A stretch of 64,000 nucleotides of DNA, from the NCBI GenBank assembly GCA_010015805.1, contig ML978136.1:434001-498000 (forward strand), written 5' to 3'. This document shows positions 1 to 12,515 of the stretch, piece after piece. Both the position numbers and the translations under genes were made by a program. The first letter of the stretch is position 1. Each line of letters opens with the position of its first letter. The notes under the pieces were generated by a model. The model worked only from the letters and a program-made list of their open reading frames with translations, searched no databases and was not told where the DNA came from. Source of the DNA: Rhizodiscina lignyota (lineage: Eukaryota).

Positions 1-1445
1 ACTATTATGCATTATGGAAATGTCTTAGATGTACTCGTGCAACAGAGTCCGGAATACGTTTCGCTTATTTGGGGAGCCATGAAGTTCCTGTTCACTGTGA
101 GCGAATCCATCATTTGACCACTATACAACGAGAATGGCTGATGTGAAAGCAGGCAGTGCTGAACCACGAAGAACTCTTGGCTGAAGTCTCCAAAGCCGTA
201 TCACGCATTGCCGATGTACTCCCACGAGCGGAGTTACATATTAATCTTTATCCCACACCTCGCATGAAGGAGGCGATAGCGGTGCTGTATGCCAAGATCA
301 TCAAATTTGTCCAATCCGCAATTAGCTATTACAAGAAAGATCGAATATCGAAGTCATTTACGGCAGTCGTGAAACCATTCGCATTAAGCTTCAAGGGGGC
401 TGTGGAGGAGATCACGGAGTGTTCAAAAAGAGTAGATGAGCTCGCAAATTCAGCCTCGAAGGCAGAGCTGCGGGATCTGAGGGTCGAAACCCGAACTTTG
501 CGGGCGGAGGTGCAAGACTTGCGCTTCCAAGTCCGAGAGATGGCAATGAGTGAGTAACCAGACATAATTTACTTAGAAGACACATGCTGATGTTCAACAG
601 TACAGCATACGTTTCAGAATCAAGTGTTCCTCAATATGAGCAGCCAACGACACAACTACGAAACCTTACAAATGGACAATATCCGAGCTCTCCCAATGAT
701 CGAACATGTTCCTTCGGCCGAACAATCATTGCAATACTGCCGTTCGATGACCCGACGGCGCAGAGTGCGCCTGAAAACCTCGTTATCAGCACGAGATATC
801 CAGTGGCTAAAGACCTGGATCACGAATAAGGAGTCGTCTATCCTCATTGGCGAGGCACGCGGAATCAAGACAAGCTCTAGAGACTTTGCAGGGGATCTCC
901 TCGAAGCTCTAATATCGGCAGAGATTCCTGTTATATGGTTTCTTCCCAGTAGCTTGGATGAAGATGACGTGACCGCGGAAAAGGTCTTTATCTCGCTGAT
1001 AATGCAAACTATCAACCTGAATCCTGGAATCCTTTCGGAACAAGTGAATCCTGTATCAGCAACTCATTTTAAAACTGTGCGCACAACAGACGAATGGTTC
1101 ACGATGTTCCAACGGTGCCTCCGGGAGATCCAGCAGTTGTACATCGTACTGGATCTCATCCTCATCAGTAAGCTGCTGAAGAAAGATAGTTCCATGGAGT
1201 TGGATGAACTTCTGGAGAAGCTTGAGGAATTGTCCGAGAGGCACACAGGTATTATAAAGGTCGTTTTGCTCTCCTGGAGATCTGATGCGACATTGTCTGG
1301 ACTTTCAGAGCGCTCCGTGGATACCCATATACTTGCAACCGACCCAGGCCCAAGGAAAATACGGTTAATGAGGAATCCAAAGTTTCGAGCAGCGTTTTCT
1401 GCGAGAGGGCGAAGTGTTTCTGACGCGCTTAAGACCAGCGCATAG
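1..1445 (+). CDS. NACHT-family (fungal NLR-related) protein with degenerate NTPase motifs; 5' end lies outside the window
   Basis: Frame open from base 1 (TIMHYGNVLDVLVQQSPEYVSLIWGAMKFLFT), typical of the helical domain preceding fungal NACHT domains. Introns 97-152 and 550-600 (GT..CTGAT..AG) join ORFs 156-557 and 624-1445 in frame. Remnant NACHT signature W..NKESSILIGEARGIKTS ... IPVIWFL ... LYIVLD. Confidence 0.75.
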
Positions 1446-1640
1446 AGCTCTTTCAACTTGTCACGCTCCAGATTCACTCCGCAATAAATTCGCGTTCATT
1501 ATGGCCCAGACCAATAAAGTTAAACCCGGAGAGACGCAGTTTTTGAATAAAATGTTCATCGTTCAAATGAATGTCCAATTTCAGTCAGCAGAAGAAATTA
1601 CAAATGGAACGTAGCCCACCAATCGTTGGAGTTTATTGAC

Positions 1641-4001
1641 CTACTTTCCCACCTGATCAAAGAACACCTTATCGAAATAATCGTTTGAGAATCTCGCCTT
1701 CAAGTCTTTCAGGGTCCAGCCAGCATCTTTCCCAATGTCTTCAAGCACGCCCAAGAACTCAGCAATCTCGTTCTTATAATCCTCGTTCTTGAGACGATCA
1801 ACCCACGGCTTGCCATCAACCTTGAAGTCATACCATTCCTTCGCCCAGTGTGGACGTGTACGCAGCCTTTCGCCCGTGGTAGGGTTTTTCAGTGCCATCC
1901 ACTTGTCTATGATTTCCTGGACAAACGCTGGCCAAATATCGCCGGCATTGTGTAAGGTCAAGACCTCAATGGCGCACGTTCCAAGTTTATTCCCACGCTG
2001 CGGTGCCAGGATGACGTCGCTGCCGCCCATCATGCGCATTTCAAGGGGCATACGCATGGGGCATGTGTCGTTGTGCTTATATGTGAGGAGAATGGCGTCC
2101 CACCACGCACGTTGCACTGGTGTGTAGTCGATGTTGTCCTTTCCACCGCTTGCTTTCGCTACAAGGGGCATTTCAACCTCCATGTCACGGACTCGAATGT
2201 TCTGTACTGCGCGTTGGAAGTGGAGGGCATCCGGCAGATAAGTTTTCATCGCCTTCTCTGGAAGTGCGCCCATGGCAGTGCGGGATAGAAGAGTTGTTGA
2301 GGACTCCGCAAAGCAAGTGCTGAAGTCGAGTTTGTTGCAAACTGGTGCAAACTGTATGCAGTTCATTAAGACGGTTCCGATGAACGACAGGAAGATGTGG
2401 CAGTCGTCTGGAAATGACTGTACTCCGCTGGAGTCTTTGGTGTCATTCCATGTGTTGACCCAAGAGAAGTCCGAATAAGGGAACCAAAACCATTCGGAAT
2501 AATAGTCTTGAGTGGCACGACGTTCAAAGTCATCCTGATATTTCTGCTTCTGCTCAGGGGTAAGATTCTTCCAATATTTGAGCAAAGCCAGAGGGATATC
2601 CTTCTCGTCGAGATCGGGTGGCGGGGGGACAGCACAAATGACCGGCATCTTTTGAGGAGCAAGCTCAGCATAGGTCATCGGCGGGAATTCCATCGTGACG
2701 TGTGTGACTACGCCTAATAGGCCAAAACAGCCACTGGCAGCACGGAGATGCTCCGGCTTGTCAACGGCCTGTATCTTTCCATTCGCATCGACATACTCAA
2801 TCTTCCGAACAAGATCGCTAAGAGTCTGGTGGCGGCGGCCGGCACCATGGCATATCGGAGCATTACTGCCACCTAGCGTAAGTTCAACCATGATGACATT
2901 GAAGGGAATTGTCAGCTTGTTGTGCTGGATGCACCATTTTCGAAGCCTTTCATTGGTCGTTGCGCAGCCGACGCGGACAAGAGCCCCCTTTGGATCTGTA
3001 TAAAGAGTTGGCTCTCCTGGAACAACCTCGATCATCTCGAGCTCGGTTGGTGGCGAGTCATGCTGAGGCAGTGACGCCGTATTTGGCAATTCGGTAGCGG
3101 TCTTGAGATCCAACATGGATATCAAGATCTCTCCTGTTTTGCCAAAAATCGGAGCCCAAGAGTGTCCTTCGCGACGACTCGTCAGCCTTTTGCGTAGGGA
3201 TCTGGGACTACATACGTACGGTATCCAGAGCAACGGACACTCATGTCGTTCTCCTTTGCGAAGCTGACAATGGTCTGGATATCCAAGGCGGATTTGCATA
3301 TGCAGGTAAACCTTGGTATATTTTCGATACTGAGACCCCAATTCTGAAACTCTGCATCCTTGTAAATCTGTACGAGAACTCGTCAGCCATTATAAGCAAT
3401 ACAGTGGAAGATAGCCCTACTAGAACCTCTCCCTTATGGCCAGTCTCTTCCATGTGGATCCCAAAGTGGGCGGCTATTTTGCGTACGCATCGGTGGAACC
3501 AGTCATCGTCTGTGGGAACAAGTTCCCCTTTGACGACTGTTGCACCATGCCGAGACACATGAACGATCGAAGGAGCTTCATGAAGCTTTGCTAACTCTTC
3601 ACGGAAGCCCATGCTCGGGCCCATGACGAATCCATCGCTGACCTTCGCAGGATCTTCACCAGCAACAAATCTTTCGATCCGTTGCTGTTCATCGGGCGAG
3701 TGTTTAGCAAGCAGATCTTGATACGTATTGTCGGTCTCGGAGTCTTTGAAGACTTGAAGCATTCGGCGGCGCCAATCAACACTGTCCACTTCTACATCAG
3801 GGTTGATGTAGTCGTCAAGAAGAGGTTTGAGCCCAGGTACTTCTTTGCGACTGAATTCAGTATCTTCGCCGAGTCTGCCAAAAAGAAGAAAAATTTAGCC
3901 TTGAATGTAGATGGAAATCGAATGGGGAACTCATACTTGTTGGCAATCAGGCTGATGCGGTCATCGACCTGGAGGTCCCACGATCTCGAAGGTAATGCCA
4001 T
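1641..4001 (-). CDS. FAD-binding oxidoreductase, VAO/PCMH fold, D-arabinono-1,4-lactone oxidase (ALO)/alditol oxidase-like
   Basis: ATG 4001; introns 3875-3936, 3368-3420 and 3167-3219 give one continuous frame. Contains EFQNWG, VRCSGYRHSW (His at the covalent-FAD position), ASGCFGLLGVVTHVT and C-terminal RPHWAKEW. Confidence 0.85.
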
Positions 4002-5256
4002 CGGAGTGCCGTTTGAGATACAAGTTTCGTGGAAGATAAATGCAACTCAAAATACGTGGAAAGGTGTGTAGAACAGAAATGAATGCCTAGAGGGCTGACT
4101 GGAGTCAAGGTTAATGTATGGAAAGGTGGAATACTGCATTGCCTACCTGGACTATGAGCTGAAGGTCTGGGCTATGCTCCGCATTTTCAGAACCCCAATT
4201 AATGTCGAGATTCTTGAAGATATGCAGCGTAACCATACGAGCTGGTTGAAGGGCTGCGAATAGATGCTCGTTTACAGTTGATCGGGACACAGTGGCTCGC
4301 TTCCAGGCTACCGGCTGCATACATTAACGAAAATATCCATTAAAGGAAGCATATTTGCAAACAAGGCAAACACGTATCTTAGATGTCGGTGAAGGTCTTC
4401 GATGCGAGTCCATCAGCTGGAAGGTGGTTGTTCAGCTCTGGCTTATTGTGGCACACAATATGCAAGTGCTCTCCAGTGTCACCCGCTGTCGAGTTTCAGC
4501 TGTTTTCGCATGGTGCATGGGAAAAAGCGCCAAAGCCATTGTGTCCTCCATGGACCGAGAAATGAGAGTCCTTTTGGTCAATTCCAATCTAGAACCTTGG
4601 GCAAAATGCGGAGGTTGGCCCATTTGCTGTCATACGCATAGTATGATCCCGCACATGTGAAAGGCGGTATTGGTCGATTCACCGATCTTGAGACCTTTCC
4701 GGAACTTTCAACCTTGTATTCCGGTCGAGGGGCGTTGCCCAGCTGAGCGAAAGGATCTAGACGAATACCAAGGCGCTTGGTGGGCCTTGCTGCACCAGGT
4801 TGTCTGTCGAGAGTCAATGGAAATGTTAAGCCGCATTTTCGGATATCGTAGGGCTGAGGAATCAGGATCACTCTGTCCTAATGTGAAGTTATACATGTTG
4901 GCCACTGGGCCGCGTATTCATTTGATGTAAAACAAAGGAACACAGGATTGCTGATGGCCAGGTATTGACGAAGGGCCAGCGAGGACAAGTGGCAAATCAA
5001 ACGGACACTTGCAAGACATCTCCGCCTTCTCTCATCTTATCTTATCTATAAATCCAAAGGAGCATAGTGCGCTTGCTTAGCCCTACGCTACCTCTTACTA
5101 AACCCAAAATAGGCGTAGAGGACGCTGGAAAGGGTATATAATTGAATATCTATGGATGTCAACTTATCCATCTAATTCACTGTAGGTATCCAATTCAGTC
5201 CAGCAGATTTCTATCACTGGCCCCTCTAATCCTTGTCTTGTCGAAATGCCTCAACT

Positions 5257-7104
5257 CTAACCCATCGTTCCTCCTGGCGAACTCGTCTCCATCTTTAACA
5301 GCACAAAGAGATCATGCCTCGCCCAGAATCCTCTCAACTTCTTTCCATAAATATACACTGGAATCGCAAGCAGGCTCAAAAACAACGACGTTCCCCCACA
5401 TACGTACATGATCTGCGTTGGGCCTTTAGCGGCAACCCAATTATTAGCGAAGTTTGAGAGTCCGTAGAACATGAAGTTCTTGAAGAACATGTTCATGACG
5501 AACATCTCATTGGATTGTGAGCGAAACGCATCGAGGCCGTAGGACAGCGTGGAGAAGATGCCCATAAGCACGCCGACCATCATGACACCTTGGAGGAAGG
5601 AGCACAGAACTGCATTCGCACCGATGGATAAAGTGTAGCCGAAAAGAAACATGCCAATGCCACAGGCGACTCCGGCGGGAGCCATGAATACGAGGCGGAA
5701 TTCGGGCTCACTAGAAGGGAAGAAGAGAGATTGTTAGATATGGGTCCTCGATTAAGTTTGACAGGAAAGATTGGGAATAGTGAAGTGGGAGGATCTTGCT
5801 TACTATACACCGTTATTCTTCTTGGTCATGTATTTGATGACGTGGTCGCCTGATACGGCGACAATGATAGAGCCAATCATCCCACCAATGAAGGGCCCGG
5901 CACCAATGTAACCGACTTGTGCTGGACTGAACATCCACGGCGGTCCGGAGAAAATGCCCGCCAGGATGACGGCGGACGCGACGTACCAACTGTTAAGCAG
6001 CCCGGAAGCGATAATAGCGTAGCAGCCGGCTGGATTAAGAAGAGTGATAAACATGCTGAAGATGTATTTGAAGACGCTGTCGTTTGAGTAGACTCCAGTC
6101 CAAACGGCAAGCTCTTGAGTGAAAGTTTTCTTTTTTGGGATTGCCGTCTCTCCCACTCCCTCCTCTCCAATATGTTCACGATGTTTTTCCTCGACCTTGG
6201 CCAATTCTTCAAAGTTTTCGTCCCTCCCGGTGTCGGTATCATAGCGTTTGTCGCGGAAATAGGTTGTTTCGGGACAGAAAAGGAACATGAGCACGAATTG
6301 GATGACCAGGAAAACCTGGAAGAGATGGAAGAGCCAGAGCCATCCCAAATCCGCAAAGACCTGGCCGCAGATAATTGAGGACAGGCTGGACGCGGAATTT
6401 AAAATGAAATTGATAAAAGATATCCGGAATCCACGTTGATGTACGTAGTAGAGATCACCGACACTGGCAATTATTAGGGATTCGAAGGCAGAGGTAGAGA
6501 AACCTTGGACAATTCGGGCCGCTAGAAGATATTTGTAATCCACTTTCGCTTCTCCAATAGCCGTTCCAACAATGTCGAATAGCGTACTGATGAGGAAGAT
6601 AGGTCGTTTGCCATATTTGCGGGAGAATGCACATACAAACGGGCCGGAGCAGCCAGCTGCGAGGAGATTGTAGCCAGATACCAAGACGACAGTAGTCAGG
6701 TCCATATGTAACGTTTGTGCCATGGAAAAGTACGACGCATTGAGGAATGGGCCCTGGAATCTGTTAGGCACTCTGTTGTAGCAACCAAGACGCAGCAACT
6801 TACGTTAGTACCAGCATTCAACATTGCTCCAAGGCAGAGGATACCAATGATCATTTCTTTCTTCCATAGTGACCAATTGAGAGGATCATTCGGATCCTCA
6901 CTCGGTTGTGGTGAGAGGACAATATGCGTATTTCTCCCGGTTCCATGCTTAAGACCTTGGGTGATGGCCTCTGAATGGGCAGCTTCATCGTTCAGGAGCA
7001 CCGTACCGGGGACATGTGCGAGCTTTGTATCTGTTGCAATTATAAGTAAGTTACATCAGGCAACAAGTTGTTGTGAGCATACCTTCCAAGACTCCTAAAC
7101 CCAT
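5257..7104 (-). CDS. Major facilitator superfamily transporter (fungal drug:H+ antiporter-like group)
   Basis: ATG 7104 (MGLGVLEDTKLAHVPGTVLL); introns 7031-7082, 6754-6803 and 5711-5803. PQPSEDPNDPLNWS motif, SRKYGKRP (MFS motif A), NNGVYEPEFRL, and multiple hydrophobic helices. Confidence 0.88.
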
Positions 7105-7271
7105 AGCGAAGGCAGTGAATTTTCAGTGTTTCCAATCGATGACGATGACAGGCTCAGATGTCCGACAAGGGCATGCACTGGCGAACAACGCAAGCTTTAT
7201 CTGTGAAGACATCGTCCGGTATTCAAGCCATCCAAGCAGCGTTCAACTTGAGGATATGATCGACCAGGATT

Positions 7272-7772
7272 CCCCACATATGAGCTCTTCAAGCATTGGA
7301 CGGCTTCTAAAGAGCCTATGTGTGAAAATTCAGAAGGGGTAACTCCGGAGACTTGAAATAAACCTCTCACGATCAAGCGCGAAGACAGACAGCTTGAGAC
7401 ATCAAACTTTCCAATGAATCAGACATGATTGCGAAGCCTAACGAGTGCCACGGTATGTGGGGATAGACTCTGGACTCAACCAAGACCTTTTGTCGCTGCA
7501 AACAGTTCAGAAGTCCTTCACTGTTGTTGAGCAAGGAAGGGAGAGACGACACCCTATTCGGCGGGGATGCCCCACACCTCCCGCAGGCTTGCTTTGGCGT
7601 TCCCCGCATGACAACGTTTTGATCAGCACCATACCTCTTTCACAATTAAAGTTCTGGGGAGCTCATGCGCCACCTTGGCGATGGATTTCGGCAGATGGTC
7701 CAGCACTCAATAATACCCTTCATGCTTCCGGAAAGTCGCAATACTTGGTCGGCAATGAAACAGCCACCCCGC
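7272..7772. promoter_or_regulatory. Cluster of CreA/Mig1-type SYGGRG sites upstream of the MFS transporter
   Basis: CCCCAC 7272, CTCCGGAG 7343, GTGGGG 7457, GCGGGG 7561, CCCCAC 7570, CCCCGC 7602, CTGGGG 7654 and CCCCGC 7767, all within ~500 bp. Confidence 0.4.
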
Positions 7773-8329
7773 ACTTTCAGGACATATTGAGAATGGTAAC
7801 AGTAATAGAAATGAAGAGATATCGGTGAAAGGCCCGAGAGTCTTCGTCGCGCTTCTGGCAAAGACATTGCGGCCGACCGGCAATCCTAAGAAGATTGTTA
7901 GCAGTACCGAAATAATGCTCCCTCGTGTCGCATCTCCAAGTTTCAAGCACGCGCAAGACCTTGAGTCCAGTTTTACATTTGCGCGGTATACTGAAGCTTG
8001 CAACAAATTAGAGAAGGCGTGTAGACATTTTGTTGGAATGTGTGTAGATTGGTAATTGCTGCCTCGAACACCTCTACCATTTCTCAGGCTCAATTAGTTC
8101 TTTTGCAGTTCATCCACGCATTCTGCCCCCGTTAGCATTTCTGCGCTGCTCATGTATTCAATGGAGAAGATGCACGTTTGACATAGAGGACACGATGAGA
8201 AGTCTTTCCTCTTTGCTCAATCGATGATTGCCCATTCCGACAAGGACACCATATCAGGATCTGCTCCACGGGTAGACAACCTCCTCCAGTGACCGCCAGC
8301 AATGAACTGCCGGAACGCGTTCTCGGGCT

Positions 8330-10058
8330 TCATGCGATTTCCTTTGGTTGTTCATTCCCTTTGGTCGTTCGCTGTGCCTTTTTGGACTTCCTCTTTTGGC
8401 GTCGTTTGATGAGATTCCGGATCGTCTGGTCCACCCAAGGAACCTTGCCGCCTTCAGAGTAATTGAGTTCCCGAGCATATTGTTCATAAATCCACCAACT
8501 TCCCCAGCCAAGAAGAGTCAGGAATGTTAAGGGCGCAGCAGTCGCCCAGTAGATCCAGAATCGATGGCTTACAACGCCCGGTTCCGTATTATTTTGGCTG
8601 CTGTCATTTGACCAGCTCCAGTTAAACATACTCATACTAAACAGCGTTGCAACGGCGGTTGCTGGAAGAAATATGGCCGTGATGACGGCGAGAATCTTCA
8701 TGCTTGTGCTGTCCCGCGAAGCATCCCAAGCAATCCGTGCAGAAAACTCGTTGCTGACCTGATCCACTATTGAAGCGAGGATATCGATTTGCAGGGTCAT
8801 ACTTTCTTTCATCGTAGCAAGACGGCTCGACAGTGCTGTCGAAATCCCCATGTTATATTCGAAACTTGCCCGCAGACTCTCATGAAGAGGGGATTTGAAA
8901 AGACCATCCGACGCAAATTTCTTTTCCAATTCATCTGCGACTTGGAGCATGAACTGGGAACATTCCAGGTTCCATTGTGGGCTTCTCTCTGTGTAAACAA
9001 TGCGCAGAACCTGTCGGTCCATCCTGGCTGTCAGTTTGTTGACCTGAAATCGAGCGTCTTCGCCAGCCTCTGAATATGCATGTTCCGGCCTCATTGCTTT
9101 AGACCAGAACAGCTCTTGATCGTTGTGGTCATCGCCTCGCAGACCAATGTAGTTCATAATCTTCCATGTCTCCTCAGAGGCGCGGCCGTGCTCGCAAGCT
9201 TGTTGTGTCCGGCGTATGTGATCTTCAAGGATTGTACAAGGTAGCGCAAGCGGATACTTGAATGCATTTATGGAAGCCTCGAGCGCCCTGCGAAGCTCCG
9301 CGCGGCTGACTTGGCGGTTAGGATGCGCACGCGTGTAAATGTATGAGAAGACTTTCTCATCGTTCTTCTCATCGCTCGTGTCTGTCGTGACAGGAGGAAC
9401 AGCGGGGATAGGATGGCGTGTTCCCAGATCGGCTGCATTGTCCGTACAAATGAGCATTTCGGTGCCAAACATGAATGCTGTCGTAACTCTTGTATTTATA
9501 TCATGATGCATTGAAAGACCACAGTTTCCAACTTCGCGCTTTTGCGGCGCTTTTAGGATAAAATCTGGGTCATAAATCAGTTCTGCAATTGAGAAGTCCT
9601 AATTACCGTATTGTCCTCATACCGATTCCATTCACAGTGCCCGCTTCATCGTACGTGTAAGATCGTGAGTGCGTGCCAGCATCGCAATCAAACGATTGCA
9701 ATGCCTTCGGCGGCAGTTTGAATGCCACTTGAATCGCATTGTACGAATCCTCCGTAATTGAAAAGTCCATTTTGTAGCGATGCCGTTCACATATTAGCAT
9801 GCATAAGATTCCCATTCCTTTGGCAAAACCCTTGATGGATTTGGTTGCGTCGATATATTCTGTGATCTTTGCCGAGCCCTCGAGGTGGCCAAAGGAGAAT
9901 ATCGGATTCTATAGGTGGTGAGCGAAGTTGAAATACCATATCATGAAGCAGTAGCAGTATAAACTCACATCATCTTTGTCTGGCTGGATGGTAATATAAT
10001 CAGCTCGCTCTTCGTCGCTCATCGCCCATTCGCATTTGGGAAATTTTCCTTCGTCCAT
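8330..10058 (-). CDS. Fungal CorA-like membrane protein (two C-terminal TM helices)
   Basis: ATG 10058; introns 9909-9968 and 9565-9622 join ORFs 9603-9815 and 8330-9511. C-terminal ASRDSTSMKILAVITAIFLPATAVATLFSMSMF...FWIYWA is typical of fungal CorA-like proteins. Confidence 0.78.
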
Positions 10059-10779
10059 GATGCCTTGCAAAGTGTTTGCCTGGAGTTTGAATGTAGCAAG
10101 TTCAAGTGAGATGCTCTACTCTATCTACTGTGAATGCAGTAAGGCTGAAAATCGTTAGAGAAACAGTTCGTTGATTTCGCATGCGCCGGTCTAAGAAGAT
10201 ACACTGTGTGGATTCAAAGCCCAAGTTAATTTGCTCGAAGCTTTGCATCGAAAGGCAACTCTCGAGCCTCTTTAAGGCCCAGGGCTGGGATATCGGGCCC
10301 ATTATGATCATAGCTGCAGCTGAAGAAGCTCCTGGGCACCTGCGGCAAAGATGTATTGGTGGATGCATTGATTTGGGGCGTGCTGCAATATTCAGCTGCG
10401 GGGCGCACGGCAGGGGAAACCGAACATGCGTGTAGTTGGGCATGAGGCTCTGCGATGATCATCACGGTAAGAGTCATGGCTCTCGAGGGGTCAAGATGGA
10501 GCAAAAGTCGACTGCAATACTCGTCAGGGGCTGCAAAGGATCAAGGAGGAGATGGAGGGGTTAAAGGGCTTTGGTAATGAGTTGAAGTGATTCGAAAAAG
10601 GGGTACTCTAGAGTATCTAGCTAGCCTAGCGTTCGGCTTTTCCCGAGACGCACACTCTCTACTTGAGATATTAAGACTTCCACGCTTCTCAATTGAGTCC
10701 ACAAGACTTTCCTTTGTCATCATTCTATAGATGATCAGTTCCCCCTGCACAGTCTACTTCCTCCTCCGTAGATTCGCTG

Positions 10780-11598
10780 ATGATGTCTTCAAGGAGGCCT
10801 GCGCCCAGGACCTCCCGAACCTCTCAGCGTGCTGGTACCCTGGTTGAACGGCAGCAGACTTTTGATTTTCTCGGTCTTCCGCGGGAGATTCGGGACTTGA
10901 TATACATTCATGCTATCCATAATGCTGGAACGCATATTCGAGTTAGAAATACTCCCGTCAAGCATTCTCCGGCGACGCGAGCAGCACTTTCGGAGTTCCG
11001 TAAAGACCGCCTGAGGACGGGAATCAACCGACGGGATCGATACGTTTTTCTTCGCCCAGAGTGGACACAAGTGAGACATCGGCTCCTTCTGGTCAATCAT
11101 CAGGTTAATAACGAGTATTCGAAAGCACTTGGCGATATGTTCCCGTTTATGCACTTTGACTTCACCCTGGACAAAATGAACATCTACCGCAATACGTGGT
11201 GGGACGTTCATCCGCACCTCTTTCGACAACTTCGAGCCTTTCATCTTCAAATTCAAGATCTCTATACTCGAGACTTTTGGCACAGAATTCACAAGCTCGT
11301 GGACGAAATGCTCAATCTGCAAGAGTTGATGATCTTCTGCCCTTGGTGCAGCAGCAACATCGATACCTGGGGAGGACACAAACTAGAAACTCTCGTCAGC
11401 AAGCTTAAAACCCGTCTGGACATGAGAAAAATTGAGTTGTGTTGGTCTTTTCATCATACCACACATTGGCGTACAGAACCATCGGGAGAATGGCAGTCAG
11501 CTATCACCCTTCGCCCATTCCGTCGTTTCTGTAAGTGGCCTGTAGGACAAGGAGATGAAGTACCGAAGGGCGTCGTCTCTCCAAGAGATCAACTATGA
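10780..11598 (+). CDS. F-box-like domain protein (intronless)
   Basis: 272 aa ORF; FDFLGLPREIRDLIYIHAI plus LLLVNHQVNNEY is the fungal F-box-like motif pair; C-terminal LxxL repeats resemble degenerate LRRs. Confidence 0.7.
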   Translation: MMSSRRPAPRTSRTSQRAGTLVERQQTFDFLGLPREIRDLIYIHAIHNAGTHIRVRNTPVKHSPATRAALSEFRKDRLRTGINRRDRYVFLRPEWTQVRHRLLLVNHQVNNEYSKALGDMFPFMHFDFTLDKMNIYRNTWWDVHPHLFRQLRAFHLQIQDLYTRDFWHRIHKLVDEMLNLQELMIFCPWCSSNIDTWGGHKLETLVSKLKTRLDMRKIELCWSFHHTTHWRTEPSGEWQSAITLRPFRRFCKWPVGQGDEVPKGVVSPRDQL

Positions 11599-11903
11599 CA
11601 CTCATCTGCAGTGTGCAAGAAGCACTAAGCTGTGTTACTTTTGTGTCAGCGCTTGACATGGCCACGACACGGGGCTAGCTCGGCCCATGGAACGCCTCGA
11701 CACGCAGATCTCCATAAGCGCGACTATAAATTCTTCTGGAGATACTCACAGCTTTATTCTGTTTCATTACGAAACAACCTTGATTGCTCGACACTAACCC
11801 TTAAACTATCAGTTAACAACACTACCACTCTCCCGAAAACTGTCATCTTCCGTCGTTGGCCATGGTTGTTGGAACTCATCACCCAATATCCAATCTCGAG
11901 ACA

Positions 11904-12515
11904 ATGTCCAACTTCGAACAGCTTCCCCGGGAACTTCTGGATATGATATACGACTGTGTCTTGGACTTACTCCCAAGCGAACATCATCGAATCCAAAAAT
12001 GTGCGATTGCGGATTACATTCCAACAGCAGCCGACCCCAGGAAGAAGCCACAAACAAGCCATGCATTGAGACTTATCAAGAAGTCCATGGCGTGGGAGTA
12101 CCTTGAAAGAGCGTACCGGTACGTTCGTCTGGAGCTTTGGCTTGATTTCTGGGAGATGTGGCAGGTTGCGCAATATCTCCGCTGTCAATCGGATTCTCTG
12201 GTCTCGAATCTCCGGAGTCTGTATGTCGCTCTCGTGAAAGATGACAACGATATACTTGACCAAATCAAGTTGGAGGTACCCAAGATGAAGCGACTGGAGA
12301 AATTGCAGTTGGGCTTGCCAAGCATGAATCGTGTCCCGTTTACGTTTGGCGAGTCTTACGGACTCGGTGGCCTCCTGGATATCCTTGGCCGCAATCAGCA
12401 TATGAAAGTATTGGAATTGGAGCTCATGGCCCCTTACGGATTCACTGAGAAGTACGAGCGGGTTGCTGGCGAGGGATGGTATCTTTGCGCGGAGTTGGTT
12501 CAGAAGTGCACCTAG
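11904..12515 (+). CDS. F-box-like domain protein (intronless)
   Basis: ATG 11904 in ACAATG context; MSNFEQLPRELLDMIYDCVL, ALRLIKKSMAWEY, then NLRSLYV / RLEKLQL / MKVLEL LRR-like repeats. Confidence 0.68.
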   Translation: MSNFEQLPRELLDMIYDCVLDLLPSEHHRIQKCAIADYIPTAADPRKKPQTSHALRLIKKSMAWEYLERAYRYVRLELWLDFWEMWQVAQYLRCQSDSLVSNLRSLYVALVKDDNDILDQIKLEVPKMKRLEKLQLGLPSMNRVPFTFGESYGLGGLLDILGRNQHMKVLELELMAPYGFTEKYERVAGEGWYLCAELVQKCT

